From NCBI GenBank assembly GCA_043754515.1, contig JAYUUO010000197.1, positions 1 through 31,117 on the forward strand: a stretch of DNA of 31,117 nt, read 5' to 3'. This document shows, piece after piece, positions 20,130 to 29,099 of the stretch. The notes beneath the pieces are model-generated. The model was not told the DNA's origin, made no database searches, and saw only the letters and a program-made list of their open reading frames with translations. The translations under genes were made by a program, and so were the position numbers. The DNA comes from Armatimonadota bacterium. GTDB lineage: Bacteria > Armatimonadota > Armatimonadia > Armatimonadales > Armatimonadaceae. Numbering within the stretch: the stretch's first letter is position 1; every line of letters starts with the position of its first letter.

Positions 20130-21422
20130 CTAAGGCAATCCCGGAACGAAGGACTTCATGATGTTATAAAGTCCGAATCCCGTCCATATGGTACTGATCG
20201 GGTCAACGCGCTTCACATTCGGCACGATCACCATGTCGTTGGGCAGTATCTCCGGGTTGTACTTCGCGTTCCCGGTGCGCAGGAACTTCCCGTAGTCGCA
20301 GGTGACTACCATCTGCTTACTCTGCTCCGTTCCGCGCAATATTTGAATGCTACCTATCTTCGCTTGTCCGGGCGTGGTGTTGCCGGAGTCGCTCATCACA
20401 TCCACGAGGAAGGTTTTCCGGTCCTCGGGCAGGTAGCGTTTGCGCGCCCCGCCCAGCTCGCCCCACACGTAGTAGAACCGGAGTGAGAGCGGGATTTCGA
20501 CCGTGTCGTTGTCCTTCAGGTCATGGTCCACCGCCGGGTTGGTCAGCACCTCGACCAGATCCACGCCCTCGGTCGCGGTCGGTGACGTCACGTCGCCGGG
20601 CACCACGTGCCGCGTCAGCGTCGCCTTGCGCAGTTCTCCGGTCGCGTTGTTGTGGGTGACTCCGAGCGACACGAGGGCTTGCTTCAGCGTGTACCGCTCG
20701 TCAATCTCCTGACGCCCGCGCGGTCCCTCGCCTTTCACGAATAGGTATTTGGCGCGCGGCCCATCCACCACCAGCGTGTCGCCCTCCCGGAGCGCGATGT
20801 TCGCCGGGCTACCCTGGCTACCGAGCGCAGCGGCGAGGTCAACCGATATGGGTGCCGGTCGCGCCGGGTTGGTGAGCAGGACGTGGACGCGGTCGGGTTG
20901 CGGCACGCCGCCCATCACCGCGATCAGCTCAGTCACCCGCCAGCCATTCTTGAGGTCGAAGTCCGCGCCATGAACCGCGTTCCCCCGCACGAACACGCGC
21001 CGGACCCGTTGCCCGACGAGCGTTACCGTCACCTGCCCCGGCTTCAGCACGAACGTGCGCGGGTTGTTCAGCGACCTGCTGATCGCATGGGTGAGTTCGG
21101 CGCAGGTCATACCGCGCGCGGCGATCTCTCTGTCCATGCGCGGCAACAACACGCTCGCGTCGGCGAGCAGAGGTACCGTGCGCGAAACGTCGGCGTGCCG
21201 GTCAATCACGACGGAGATGGTGTCCCCCGTGTCGAGGCGGTAGGTGGCGATGTCGGCGGTGACCGGCGTAGTCTGCACGGCGGTCGCGGACGGCACCACG
21301 GGCACCGGCGCGGCGACAGGTACCCCGTCCCCGCCGCCGAGTGGCGCGCTGACCTGCGCGAATACCGCGACCGGCGCGGACAACACCAGCGCGGCGCACC
21401 CGAGCATTTTCGTAAGTCTCAT
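20130..21422 (-). CDS. Polysaccharide biosynthesis/export protein (Wza-like Poly_export + SLBB domains)
   Basis: Signal peptide, YRLDTGDTISV, I.ARGMT..EL, and repeated L..GD.L.V / L.DND.V.IP / I.PND.V.VP motifs. GAGGGAG RBS before ATG 21422. Confidence 0.85.
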   Translation of the reverse strand: MRLTKMLGCAALVLSAPVAVFAQVSAPLGGGDGVPVAAPVPVVPSATAVQTTPVTADIATYRLDTGDTISVVIDRHADVSRTVPLLADASVLLPRMDREIAARGMTCAELTHAISRSLNNPRTFVLKPGQVTVTLVGQRVRRVFVRGNAVHGADFDLKNGWRVTELIAVMGGVPQPDRVHVLLTNPARPAPISVDLAAALGSQGSPANIALREGDTLVVDGPRAKYLFVKGEGPRGRQEIDERYTLKQALVSLGVTHNNATGELRKATLTRHVVPGDVTSPTATEGVDLVEVLTNPAVDHDLKDNDTVEIPLSLRFYYVWGELGGARKRYLPEDRKTFLVDVMSDSGNTTPGQAKIGSIQILRGTEQSKQMVVTCDYGKFLRTGNAKYNPEILPNDMVIVPNVKRVDPISTIWTGFGLYNIMKSFVPGLP

Positions 21423-21435
21423 GATGAATACTCCC

Positions 21436-23643
21436 TCACACAACCTCGCTTTTAGCGACTATCGCGGGGCGGTTGCCATCCGGCACCGCCTCCTCGCCAA
21501 CAATCACGCCGAGCAAACGTGGCTGGTACCCGTTCGTCAGAATGCGGCGCGCGCGCGCGACCGACTCGTCCGGCGCGACCTGCGCGTCAGAGGCGACCAG
21601 CACAACGCCGTCCGCCGCCCGTTCCATCGGCGCGATCAGCCGCGCGGACCAGACGGAAGGCCCGCTGATCAGCACTAAGTCCGTGTCCGCCGCCCGCCCC
21701 AACGCGTCGTACAGCCCGCGCAGGGTTTCCTCGGTGAGCGGCGTCGTGTCCGTCTTCGCGCCCGCCGCTAGAAAGCGCAGGTTCCCGCCCGCGCCGACAT
21801 GGAGAGCCTGGTCAGCGGTCAGACGCCCCGCCAGAATATCGGTAACACCGGGCGCGTCGGGCTTGCCGAAAACGTGATGAAGGCGTGGTTCAACCCGGTC
21901 GCCGTCCACGAGCGTGACCCGCACACCGTCACGCACCAGCGTCGCCGTTAAATACGCGGCGACGGACGCGGTCGTTTCATCCGTGCGCGTCCCGGCCATC
22001 AATACAACGGGCACTCGCGCCGGGTCCGACCCGGCGGAGTGTGACAGCAGGTACCCGATCTCGCGGAAGGCGTCCTCGGTCGAGGCACTCACCCCGACCG
22101 GCGGCAGATTCCCGTCGGCGGTCGCGGCGATCCGCCCCCCGGCGAGCGAAACGCGGGCGAGGAGCGGCACCCCGGCGACACTCGGCAGACTCGCCGAGAA
22201 AACGGGAGCGGCTGGCAACAAAGTCACCGACGCTGGATACCCGGCGGCGGGCGCGGGTGACGAGAAGTATTCCGCGGCGATGGCGGACATCACCGCCAGA
22301 AACAGGCCGGTGAACAACGCGAGCATGGTATTCAGGAGCGGTTTCGGGCTGATCGGCTCGCGCGGAACCTCCGCCGCCTCCAGAACCATGATATTCGGCA
22401 GGTTGGTTATGCGATTGATCGGGATCTGTAGAAGCGCGGTAGTCGCCTTGCTATACGCCATTGAGGTGACGTCCGCGCGTTGCTGCAATTCCTGATACTT
22501 CACGCGCTCGGGCACCAGTTTGAACTGCTGGGCTTGCAGACCGGCGAGCTGCTTGCGGTAGGCGGATGCGGTCGCTCGCGCTTGCGCCAGCTCACGCTTC
22601 GCGTTGATAAAGTTCGTGACGGCGGCGGCGTAGTCCGGGTTGCGGGTGATGCCGAAGGAACCAGGTCGGTACGCGTTCCCGGTCAGCGACCTGAGCGCGC
22701 TTTTGGCGGACGCAATGCGGCGATCTATCTCCTGGATTTCAGGGCTTTGGTCGCCGAAGTCGAGGATTTTAATTCGCCGCTCGTTCTCTAGATTGATGAT
22801 CTGATCCTCGAACGTGTCGAGTTGCCCGTTGCGGTTGGAGGAGGTGCCGCTGACCACGGTCGGCTTGAGGGTCGCGATCTGCCGCGCGAAAAGCCCGATG
22901 CTCTGCTCCTTGAGGGGCAGATCCCGCTCCGCGTCCTGTAGCGCGTTCCGCACGTTGAGAGCCTTGCCTTCCAGACTGCCTATATATGCGTTCATGTCGG
23001 AGATGCCGCGCTTCCGGAGGAACATCGCCAGGGCGGCGTTGGCAAGTGCGCGCTCCTTCTCCGCCTTCTCCGCCGACTTGCGCAGACGGGATGCGGAAAG
23101 CTCGATCTTCCAGTTCCCCTCTTTCTCGACGTATCTCTGGTAGACGGAGCAGACGGTGTTGGCGACCCTGGCCGTCATCACCGGGTCCTTCTTCATCGTC
23201 GCAGTGATCTCCATGATCTTATCATTGCCTGCCATCGCTACCGCGAGGCGGCCCTTCATGTCGTCCGGGTTAGTCACCGCGCCGATCCCCGCTTCTTTGA
23301 TCACATCGGCGAGGAATCCGCGCGATTTGATTTTGGCGACTTCCACTTCACCCGACGAACTAGTGTGGCCGTTCAGGATGTCCAGCACATTATTCGGCAC
23401 GGCCGCCGAGGGCACGTCGTCCAGGATCATTTTCGCGGTCGCCTCGTAGGTAGGCGTCATTCTCAGCGTCACGAGGAAGGCGGCGGCGACCGTGAGCGCG
23501 AACGTGGTCAGGGCGAGCGGGGCGCGGCGGCGCAGGATGCCGACGAGGTCGCGCACGGTCACATGCGTTGTGCCCGCTAGCACGATAGGGTCGTCGTATC
23601 GCGCGGCGGGTTCCGGCTGGTTATTGCTTTTGAACTGTTCCAA
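21436..23643 (-). CDS. Wzc/GumC-like polysaccharide co-polymerase with degenerate tyrosine-kinase domain
   Basis: N-terminal TM, P.YEATA, long coiled coil, A.VP..PISPK + TM, then EDAFREI, VTLVDGD...P.LH..FG and DLVLISGP. Confidence 0.88.
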   Translation of the reverse strand: MEQFKSNNQPEPAARYDDPIVLAGTTHVTVRDLVGILRRRAPLALTTFALTVAAAFLVTLRMTPTYEATAKMILDDVPSAAVPNNVLDILNGHTSSSGEVEVAKIKSRGFLADVIKEAGIGAVTNPDDMKGRLAVAMAGNDKIMEITATMKKDPVMTARVANTVCSVYQRYVEKEGNWKIELSASRLRKSAEKAEKERALANAALAMFLRKRGISDMNAYIGSLEGKALNVRNALQDAERDLPLKEQSIGLFARQIATLKPTVVSGTSSNRNGQLDTFEDQIINLENERRIKILDFGDQSPEIQEIDRRIASAKSALRSLTGNAYRPGSFGITRNPDYAAAVTNFINAKRELAQARATASAYRKQLAGLQAQQFKLVPERVKYQELQQRADVTSMAYSKATTALLQIPINRITNLPNIMVLEAAEVPREPISPKPLLNTMLALFTGLFLAVMSAIAAEYFSSPAPAAGYPASVTLLPAAPVFSASLPSVAGVPLLARVSLAGGRIAATADGNLPPVGVSASTEDAFREIGYLLSHSAGSDPARVPVVLMAGTRTDETTASVAAYLTATLVRDGVRVTLVDGDRVEPRLHHVFGKPDAPGVTDILAGRLTADQALHVGAGGNLRFLAAGAKTDTTPLTEETLRGLYDALGRAADTDLVLISGPSVWSARLIAPMERAADGVVLVASDAQVAPDESVARARRILTNGYQPRLLGVIVGEEAVPDGNRPAIVAKSEVV

Positions 23644-23745
23644 GTGTTGATACCGACGGCGCGTCCGGGACGGCCGTCGTCTGTTCCGACAACGCGGCGG
23701 GCGCGAAGTTTTGTCTAAAAGCGTTGCGTATGAATGCCCGCCGCG

Positions 23746-24099
23746 CTAGGCGTACCCGGTGAAGCGGTTCTCATCGTCCACGAGAGCTACCTTCGCGGGG
23801 ATCGGTTCCGCCTCGTCCGTCAGCAGAAAGGAGGCTATAACCACTCTATCACCGATGCGGCATCGCAATGCGGCGGGTCCGTTCATCTGGATGACGCGCG
23901 AACCGCGCGCGCCCGCTATCGTATAAGTTTCGAGCCGCTCGCCGTTCGTACCGTTCCACACGTGAACCAGTTCGCCGGGGATCATGCCTACCCTGTCCAT
24001 AAGATCTTGATCAATCGTTATGGAGCCGACATAGTTGACGTCGGCTTCGGTGACGGTGGCGCGGTGTATTTTCGCAGACAGGACTTGCCGCAGTCGCAT
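23746..24099 (-). CDS. panD: Aspartate 1-decarboxylase
   Basis: KIHRATVTEAD.NYVGSITID (G-S autocleavage site), NGERLETY, NGPAA and GD.VVI. Confidence 0.97.
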   Translation of the reverse strand: MRLRQVLSAKIHRATVTEADVNYVGSITIDQDLMDRVGMIPGELVHVWNGTNGERLETYTIAGARGSRVIQMNGPAALRCRIGDRVVIASFLLTDEAEPIPAKVALVDDENRFTGYA

Positions 24100-24304
24100 G
24101 GACGGTCTCCCCAAAAGCCCAGTATACCCACCGCGCGGGATGCCCGCAACCGGGGGGCGGGGAGATCCGCCGCTGAAGAACGTTTAGTTTCCCCTTGCCT
24201 TTCCCATCCGATATGCGATATGCTACAGCGCGTAGAAGGCTTTCGCCGACGCAGCACCACCTGAAACTTACCCCGTTCGTGGTAGCGGAAGCAAGAGGTA
24301 CACC

Positions 24305-25255
24305 GTGGGTTTAGCAAAAAAACTGCGCGAGGTCGTCGCGGCAAACTTTATCGAGATCGCCCGCGTGGAAGCCCCCCCTGTCAAACGGGAGGAGAGTGCC
24401 TTCACGAGCGACGCCCGGTCCGCCGGTTTTGGCACCCATGCCGAGGCCGAGTTGGACTCGTTCTTGAAAGACATCGGTGCCCCCACCATCGCGGAAACGC
24501 CGGTTCCGGTCCTCGAGCCGGTTGTGATCCCCGAGCCGGAGCCGCTTCAGCCCGCCCCGGTGCTGGTATCACTCGCCGACGCCGTGAGCGACGACGGCGA
24601 CGTTGACTTCGGGCGCATCTTCCAACAGTACGAACTACCGACCGCGTCTTTTTCTGCCGAACAGGCAATGAACATGTTGCAGGCACTCCCCCGCGACCTC
24701 GCCCTGCGCACCAAGCGCGCCACGGTCAACACCACCCTATCTGCCATCGGCAAAGTGATCGGTGCCACGCCGCAGGACATCGTGGTGGACGCCGCCCGCA
24801 AAAAAGAGACGCTGGAGCGGTACATCGAGTCGCTCGGGCACGAAGTCGAGGAGACGACCGCGACCGCCCAGTCCGAAGTCGAACGGCTACAGGCAGAAAT
24901 CACCGAGCACAAAGACAAATTGCGGCTACTGACCCGTAAGCGTTCGGCGGCGTCGGACGCCTGCCGCTCCCGCATGGAACTTTTTGATCAGGTGATCCAC
25001 TTTTTCGACTACGACGAGGCGGTCATCAACGCGCCCGTGCCGGTCGCGGAAGCATCCCCCGATGACGAAATGCCCGCCTTTATGCGCGAGGACGCCGTGC
25101 GACGTATGCTCGGCATCAACAACGATGAGTTCCTGAACGAGAAGGGCGAGTTCGACGCCACGAAGTTCGCGCTCATGCACGGCGACGGAGTGACGCCCCC
25201 GGCGACCGCTGAGGAATCGGATACCGAAGCACGGCGCGCCCGCCCGAAAAAGTAG
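24305..25255 (+). CDS. Hypothetical protein, acidic, with central coiled coil
   Basis: 316-aa ORF with GAGG RBS, GC3-biased codons and a downstream hairpin. No family recognised. Confidence 0.8.
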   Translation: MGLAKKLREVVAANFIEIARVEAPPVKREESAFTSDARSAGFGTHAEAELDSFLKDIGAPTIAETPVPVLEPVVIPEPEPLQPAPVLVSLADAVSDDGDVDFGRIFQQYELPTASFSAEQAMNMLQALPRDLALRTKRATVNTTLSAIGKVIGATPQDIVVDAARKKETLERYIESLGHEVEETTATAQSEVERLQAEITEHKDKLRLLTRKRSAASDACRSRMELFDQVIHFFDYDEAVINAPVPVAEASPDDEMPAFMREDAVRRMLGINNDEFLNEKGEFDATKFALMHGDGVTPPATAEESDTEARRARPKK

Positions 25256-25273
25256 GGTGTGCAAAACGGGTTG

Positions 25274-25310
25274 AAAGGCGGAAGCGCGGCGTCGCGCTTC
25301 CGCCTTTGTT
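25274..25310 (+). terminator. Rho-independent terminator
   Basis: Perfect 15-bp stem AAAGGCGGAAGCGCG / CGCGCTTCCGCCTTT followed by GTT. Confidence 0.8.
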
Positions 25311-25350
25311 CGTCACGCCCCCGCCTCCTGCCGCCCCGAGATAGTGCCAC

Positions 25351-25377
25351 GTAACTTTTTTTCGTTCCCCGCGTTCA
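25351..25377 (+). promoter_or_regulatory. Possible ECF-type promoter upstream of the sigma gene
   Basis: GTAAC-N16-CGTTCA fits the general ECF AAC/CGT consensus. Confidence 0.35.
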
Positions 25378-25437
25378 TTGCATGTAAGTTAATCACCGCC
25401 CCCAGCGTCTATACAGACAAGGGAACTCACGGCGACT

Positions 25438-26025
25438 ATGATGACCACGGTTTTTTGGCGAAAGGCGGGACAGACCAGCGTGCCACGGGCAATCACGGCG
25501 GAAGCCATCTCTTTCACTACGGATCGGGGCAAGGCGGTGGAGGTCGGCGAATGCGCCGTATCGGACGCCGAACTCGTCCGCGCGGCGCAGGGCGGCGACG
25601 CTTATGCCATGGAGACCCTTTTCCAGCGGCATGAGGTGTCGGTCTTCCGCCTCGCGCTCCGCATCCTGCGGAATCCCGACGACGCCGACGACGCGCGGCA
25701 GGAAACGTTCGCGCGGGTATTCGGCTCGCTTTCCCGGTTCCGGCGCGACGCGTCATTCAAGACCTACGCGCTCGCGATCTGCTCTAACCTGTGTCGCGAC
25801 CGCCTGCGCTCCGACAGACGGCGGCCCGAATCTCTTTACGGCCTCGCCCCGTCAGAAGCGACGTGCGGCGGGGGGGGCAACCCGGGTGAACTATTCGAGC
25901 GGGGCGCGGAGCAGGCGCGGGTGCGCCAGGTGATCGCGACCCTGGCACCGATGCACCGGGAAACGCTCCATTTGCGCTACGTCGAGGAGTTATCAGCGGA
26001 TGAGATTGCTATTGTGGTGGGCTGA
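25438..26025 (+). pseudogene. ECF RNA polymerase sigma factor, truncated in region 4.2
   Basis: SDAELV..AQ.GD..A...LF.RH, DADDARQETF, F...ASFK.Y...I..N.CRD..R, then LRYVEELSADEIAIVVG followed by a stop before the recognition helix. True start may be GTG near 25537. Confidence 0.75.
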
Positions 26026-26162
26026 TGGCGGAACCGCGCAGGGGGGTAGTTTATGAGTCTTTATTGCCCGACCCGTGGGCGTAGAAGCCGCGCGTGGCTC
26101 GGGATGTTTGCCGCGTGACACCTTGTGCCACGCGGTTTGAAGGCAAACCCGCGCGGCCGTCG

Positions 26163-26447
26163 TCAGGACCGGGTGATGCCGAAGTCGCCCGTTAGCGGGA
26201 GCAGATTGCGGCGCGTGGCCTCGCGGAACGCCTGCACACGGTTCTTGACGTGGAGTTTTTGGTAGATGTTCGCGAGGTGAAAGTCTACGGTTCGCTTGCT
26301 GATATAGATATGCTCGGCGGTTGCCTGGCTAGAATTCCCCTCGATTACGAGGGTGAGCACCTCGATCTCACGCTTGGTGAGATGAATATGATTGAGCGCG
26401 CCCTGCTCGCCGGGCGTATCGAATTGTCCTTCGGTGCTAGTTTCCAT
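26163..26447 (-). CDS. Stand-alone LuxR-family helix-turn-helix regulator
   Basis: LTKREIEVL.L...G.S....A..I.IS.RTV.FHL.NIY.KL.V.NR. AAGGAAG RBS before ATG 26447. Confidence 0.92.
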   Translation of the reverse strand: METSTEGQFDTPGEQGALNHIHLTKREIEVLTLVIEGNSSQATAEHIYISKRTVDFHLANIYQKLHVKNRVQAFREATRRNLLPLTGDFGITRS

Positions 26448-26753
26448 TATCGCTTCCTTGTTCAACGCGTCCACCCCCGAGACAATCCCTGCTCCCGGTC
26501 GCATCACCGCGTCCTGACCTTAATAATCGTCTGGCGCGGCTATTTTCGATATACTCTGTTTTACCAGGTTCGTGTCGCGCCTTCTACATGGCGACGCCCG
26601 GAGGCGGTAACAGCAACGCGGGGCGATTGACAAGAGGCTCAAACAGAATGTAGAATGAATGCAGCAAACCGACCTCCGCCCGCCGCTCGATGGGGCGTAT
26701 ATGTACCGCTTTCGCGTCAACCGGAAGCGGGACGAAAGGATATACTGAGAACC

Positions 26754-27152
26754 ATGCCTCGTATTTTAGCCGTGGATGATGAGCCGAATATTGTGCGCCT
26801 TATTCAGGTCAACCTGGAGCGCGACGGGTACACCGTGGAGACCGCGAACAACGGGGCGCAAGCCCTAGCCAAGATCCGCCAGAGCCGCCCGGATCTACTG
26901 GTTTCCGATGTGATGATGCCGGAGATGGACGGGTTTGAACTGCTCGCGCACATCCGTCGTGACCCGATGCTCGCCGACCTGCCGGTGATCATGCTGACCG
27001 CGAAGGCACAAGACCGCGACGTGATGGAAGGGTACACGCGGGGTGCGGACATGTACCTAACCAAACCCTTCAACCCGATGGAGCTTAAACAGTTCGTGAA
27101 GCGCATTCTTGCCTCTGCCACCGAAGATAGCGACGGCCGCTACAAACTGTAA
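26754..27152 (+). CDS. Single-domain response regulator (receiver only)
   Basis: Motifs ILAVDDE, PDLLVSDVMMPEMDG, VIMLTAK and GAD.YLTKPF. No output domain. Confidence 0.95.
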   Translation: MPRILAVDDEPNIVRLIQVNLERDGYTVETANNGAQALAKIRQSRPDLLVSDVMMPEMDGFELLAHIRRDPMLADLPVIMLTAKAQDRDVMEGYTRGADMYLTKPFNPMELKQFVKRILASATEDSDGRYKL

Positions 27153-27171
27153 GCGTTCGTGTTCCTAGCGG

Positions 27172-27202
27172 AAGCCGCCGTGGTCCGCCCCGGCGGCTTT
27201 TT
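27172..27202 (+). terminator. Rho-independent terminator
   Basis: GCCGCCG / CGGCGGC stem followed by TTTTT. Confidence 0.75.
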
Positions 27203-27530
27203 CTCGTCGGGGCACTCATCGGGGAGTGGCAACAGCGTGTCCGTTGCCGACAGTGTCTTCTGAGTCACGAACCGGGGCGGGATATATTCCGCGCGGTGAG
27301 AGTCGGCGGGACAGTAGGTCGCGACGCAACCGGCCCGTCGCACGCACCAGAACGGTTCACCGCGCCGCACGCCGCGCCCACCGGGCACGCCCACTGCCGC
27401 TTCATCCTGCCGAAACGCTCGCCGCCCGAACTTGAGAAACACAACTCAAGAAAGCAACGAAGCTATAATGCAATCGCTCCGGTCAGAGTCGGTAGGGCAG
27501 AAACTTCGACGCGGCGCGGTACAATCGGAC

Positions 27531-28100
27531 ATGACTATCCGGTATCGAAACGACGCCGAGGACTACGGGCGGTTCGCCGAGTGGTACCTCGCACACCACC
27601 GCGAGGGTAGAATGTACGTCCGAAGCGCGGTGCTACGCGCCTGTCTTCTGGGCGGCGTACTATTCACGGTTCTGTTCACTCTTGCCGCCCTTGCCTACCC
27701 GCCTGTCCGCGGTATCGTACTGCTCGAACTGCTCGTAGGACTCGCTATTTTCCCGGTTGTTATCCCGCGCCGCATCCGGGCTTCGCATCGCGGCCAGTGG
27801 ATCGCGAAGATGCGCCACCCGGACAACGCGGGCTTCCTCGGGGAGAAGACGCTGGAGGCGACGCCGACCGATCTTTTCAGTATCTCGGAGAACGGCTCCT
27901 CGATCATCAAGTGGAGCGCGATCAAGGAGATCATCAGCACGGACACGGAGGCGTTCTTCCTGCTCGGGAATCTTCAGGCGATCAATGTCCCGCGCGCAAA
28001 AGTGGCGGGCGGCAACTTCGACGCATTCGTGGAGGAAGCCAGACGTCTACACGCCGCGGCGACGGCGGCGAAGGGGCCCATCCCCCTTCCGGCGCGGTGA
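27531..28100 (+). CDS. YcxB-like membrane protein
   Basis: Two TM helices followed by IKWSAIKEIIST..AFFLL.....INVPR. ATG 27531 preferred over 27432. Confidence 0.75.
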   Translation: MTIRYRNDAEDYGRFAEWYLAHHREGRMYVRSAVLRACLLGGVLFTVLFTLAALAYPPVRGIVLLELLVGLAIFPVVIPRRIRASHRGQWIAKMRHPDNAGFLGEKTLEATPTDLFSISENGSSIIKWSAIKEIISTDTEAFFLLGNLQAINVPRAKVAGGNFDAFVEEARRLHAAATAAKGPIPLPAR

Positions 28101-28106
28101 CGGGGC

Positions 28107-28820
28107 TTAAGACAGCGCGGTGCTACAGAGTGCCCGCAGTTTCGGCAGGTTGGTGACGATTACCGCGCGGCCGTCGCGGGCGATCAGGCGCATCGTCTTG
28201 AGGCGGGCGAGGCGGCGGTTGACCGACTCGCGCGACGTGTTGATGCGGGTCGCGATCTGCTCGTCGGTAAGGCGGGGCAACGCATAGGCTTTCGCCGCGT
28301 CGGGAGCCACCCCCGCGCACTGGTCGCACAGAAACGCCGCGAGACGCCCCAGCACGTCCAGCGCATTGGAGCGAACCGTCTGCTCCGAGTTCTCGCGTAG
28401 CCGCGCCGACAGGGCGCGGATGATGTTCCACGCCACCGCGGGATGCGCCTCCAAGAACTGCATCAGTTCGCGCCGCTCCAGGAGAAGTAGCTCGCACGCC
28501 GAGCCGGTCTCCGCGTCGGCGGAGCGCGGCAGATCGTCGAACAGGGCGAGTTCGCCGAAATGCTCCCCCGGACCGCGTTGCGCGATATGCACCGTTTCCA
28601 TCTCTTTGGTGACGCGCTGAATGAGCACCGTGCCGGACAGAACGATATACAGCGTCTGTCCGGGATCGCCCTCATGGAACAACGCCTCGCCCGCCCCGAA
28701 CTTGCGGCGGCGGCAACGCCCGGCGAGAAGTTTGAGGGATTCGGCGTCTAACCCGGAGAAGAGTTGTATGGCGCGCAGTTGTTCTTCCGGCGCGATGCGT
28801 ATCGGGGGTGTTTGTGTCAT
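28107..28820 (-). CDS. Crp/Fnr family transcriptional regulator
   Basis: cNMP-binding domain (LF.EGDPG..LYIVLSG.V, GPG.HFGELAL, PRSA.A) and HTH (T.EQIA..I.TSRESVNR.L). Confidence 0.95.
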   Translation of the reverse strand: MTQTPPIRIAPEEQLRAIQLFSGLDAESLKLLAGRCRRRKFGAGEALFHEGDPGQTLYIVLSGTVLIQRVTKEMETVHIAQRGPGEHFGELALFDDLPRSADAETGSACELLLLERRELMQFLEAHPAVAWNIIRALSARLRENSEQTVRSNALDVLGRLAAFLCDQCAGVAPDAAKAYALPRLTDEQIATRINTSRESVNRRLARLKTMRLIARDGRAVIVTNLPKLRALCSTALS

Positions 28821-28916
28821 TCGTTCGGTACCTTCCCCGCGATTGTATGTGCGGCAAGATTAGAATCCAGTATACCGGATTACCCGGCCTGAATTTGACG
28901 CCCTCTGTGCCGGGGT

Positions 28917-29032
28917 CAGGGCGATTGCATCACAGTTAGGTTGTTAACTCGACGGATGTTTGCGGGCATGGACGGTGAACCGTTCCCGCCCACATCGCTC
29001 TCAGGCCACCCGACCAGGATGCAATCGCCCTA
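28917..29032. mobile_element. MITE-like or internally deleted IS remnant with ISAs1-like terminal inverted repeats
   Basis: Perfect 14-bp inverted repeat AGGGCGATTGCATC (28918-28931) / GATGCAATCGCCCT (29018-29031) around 86 bp. No transposase and no clear target-site duplication. Confidence 0.55.
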
Positions 29033-29099
29033 CTGCGCGGCACGGGTACGAGTGCCCGATGGCGGATACCGGTGAGAAACGCATCGAGCCGACTATCCT

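Noticed and set aside
27203..27530. Small Cys-rich minus-strand ORF pieces (MKRQWACPVGAACG...)
   Set aside because: Short, split across frames and without a recognisable family; cannot be supported.
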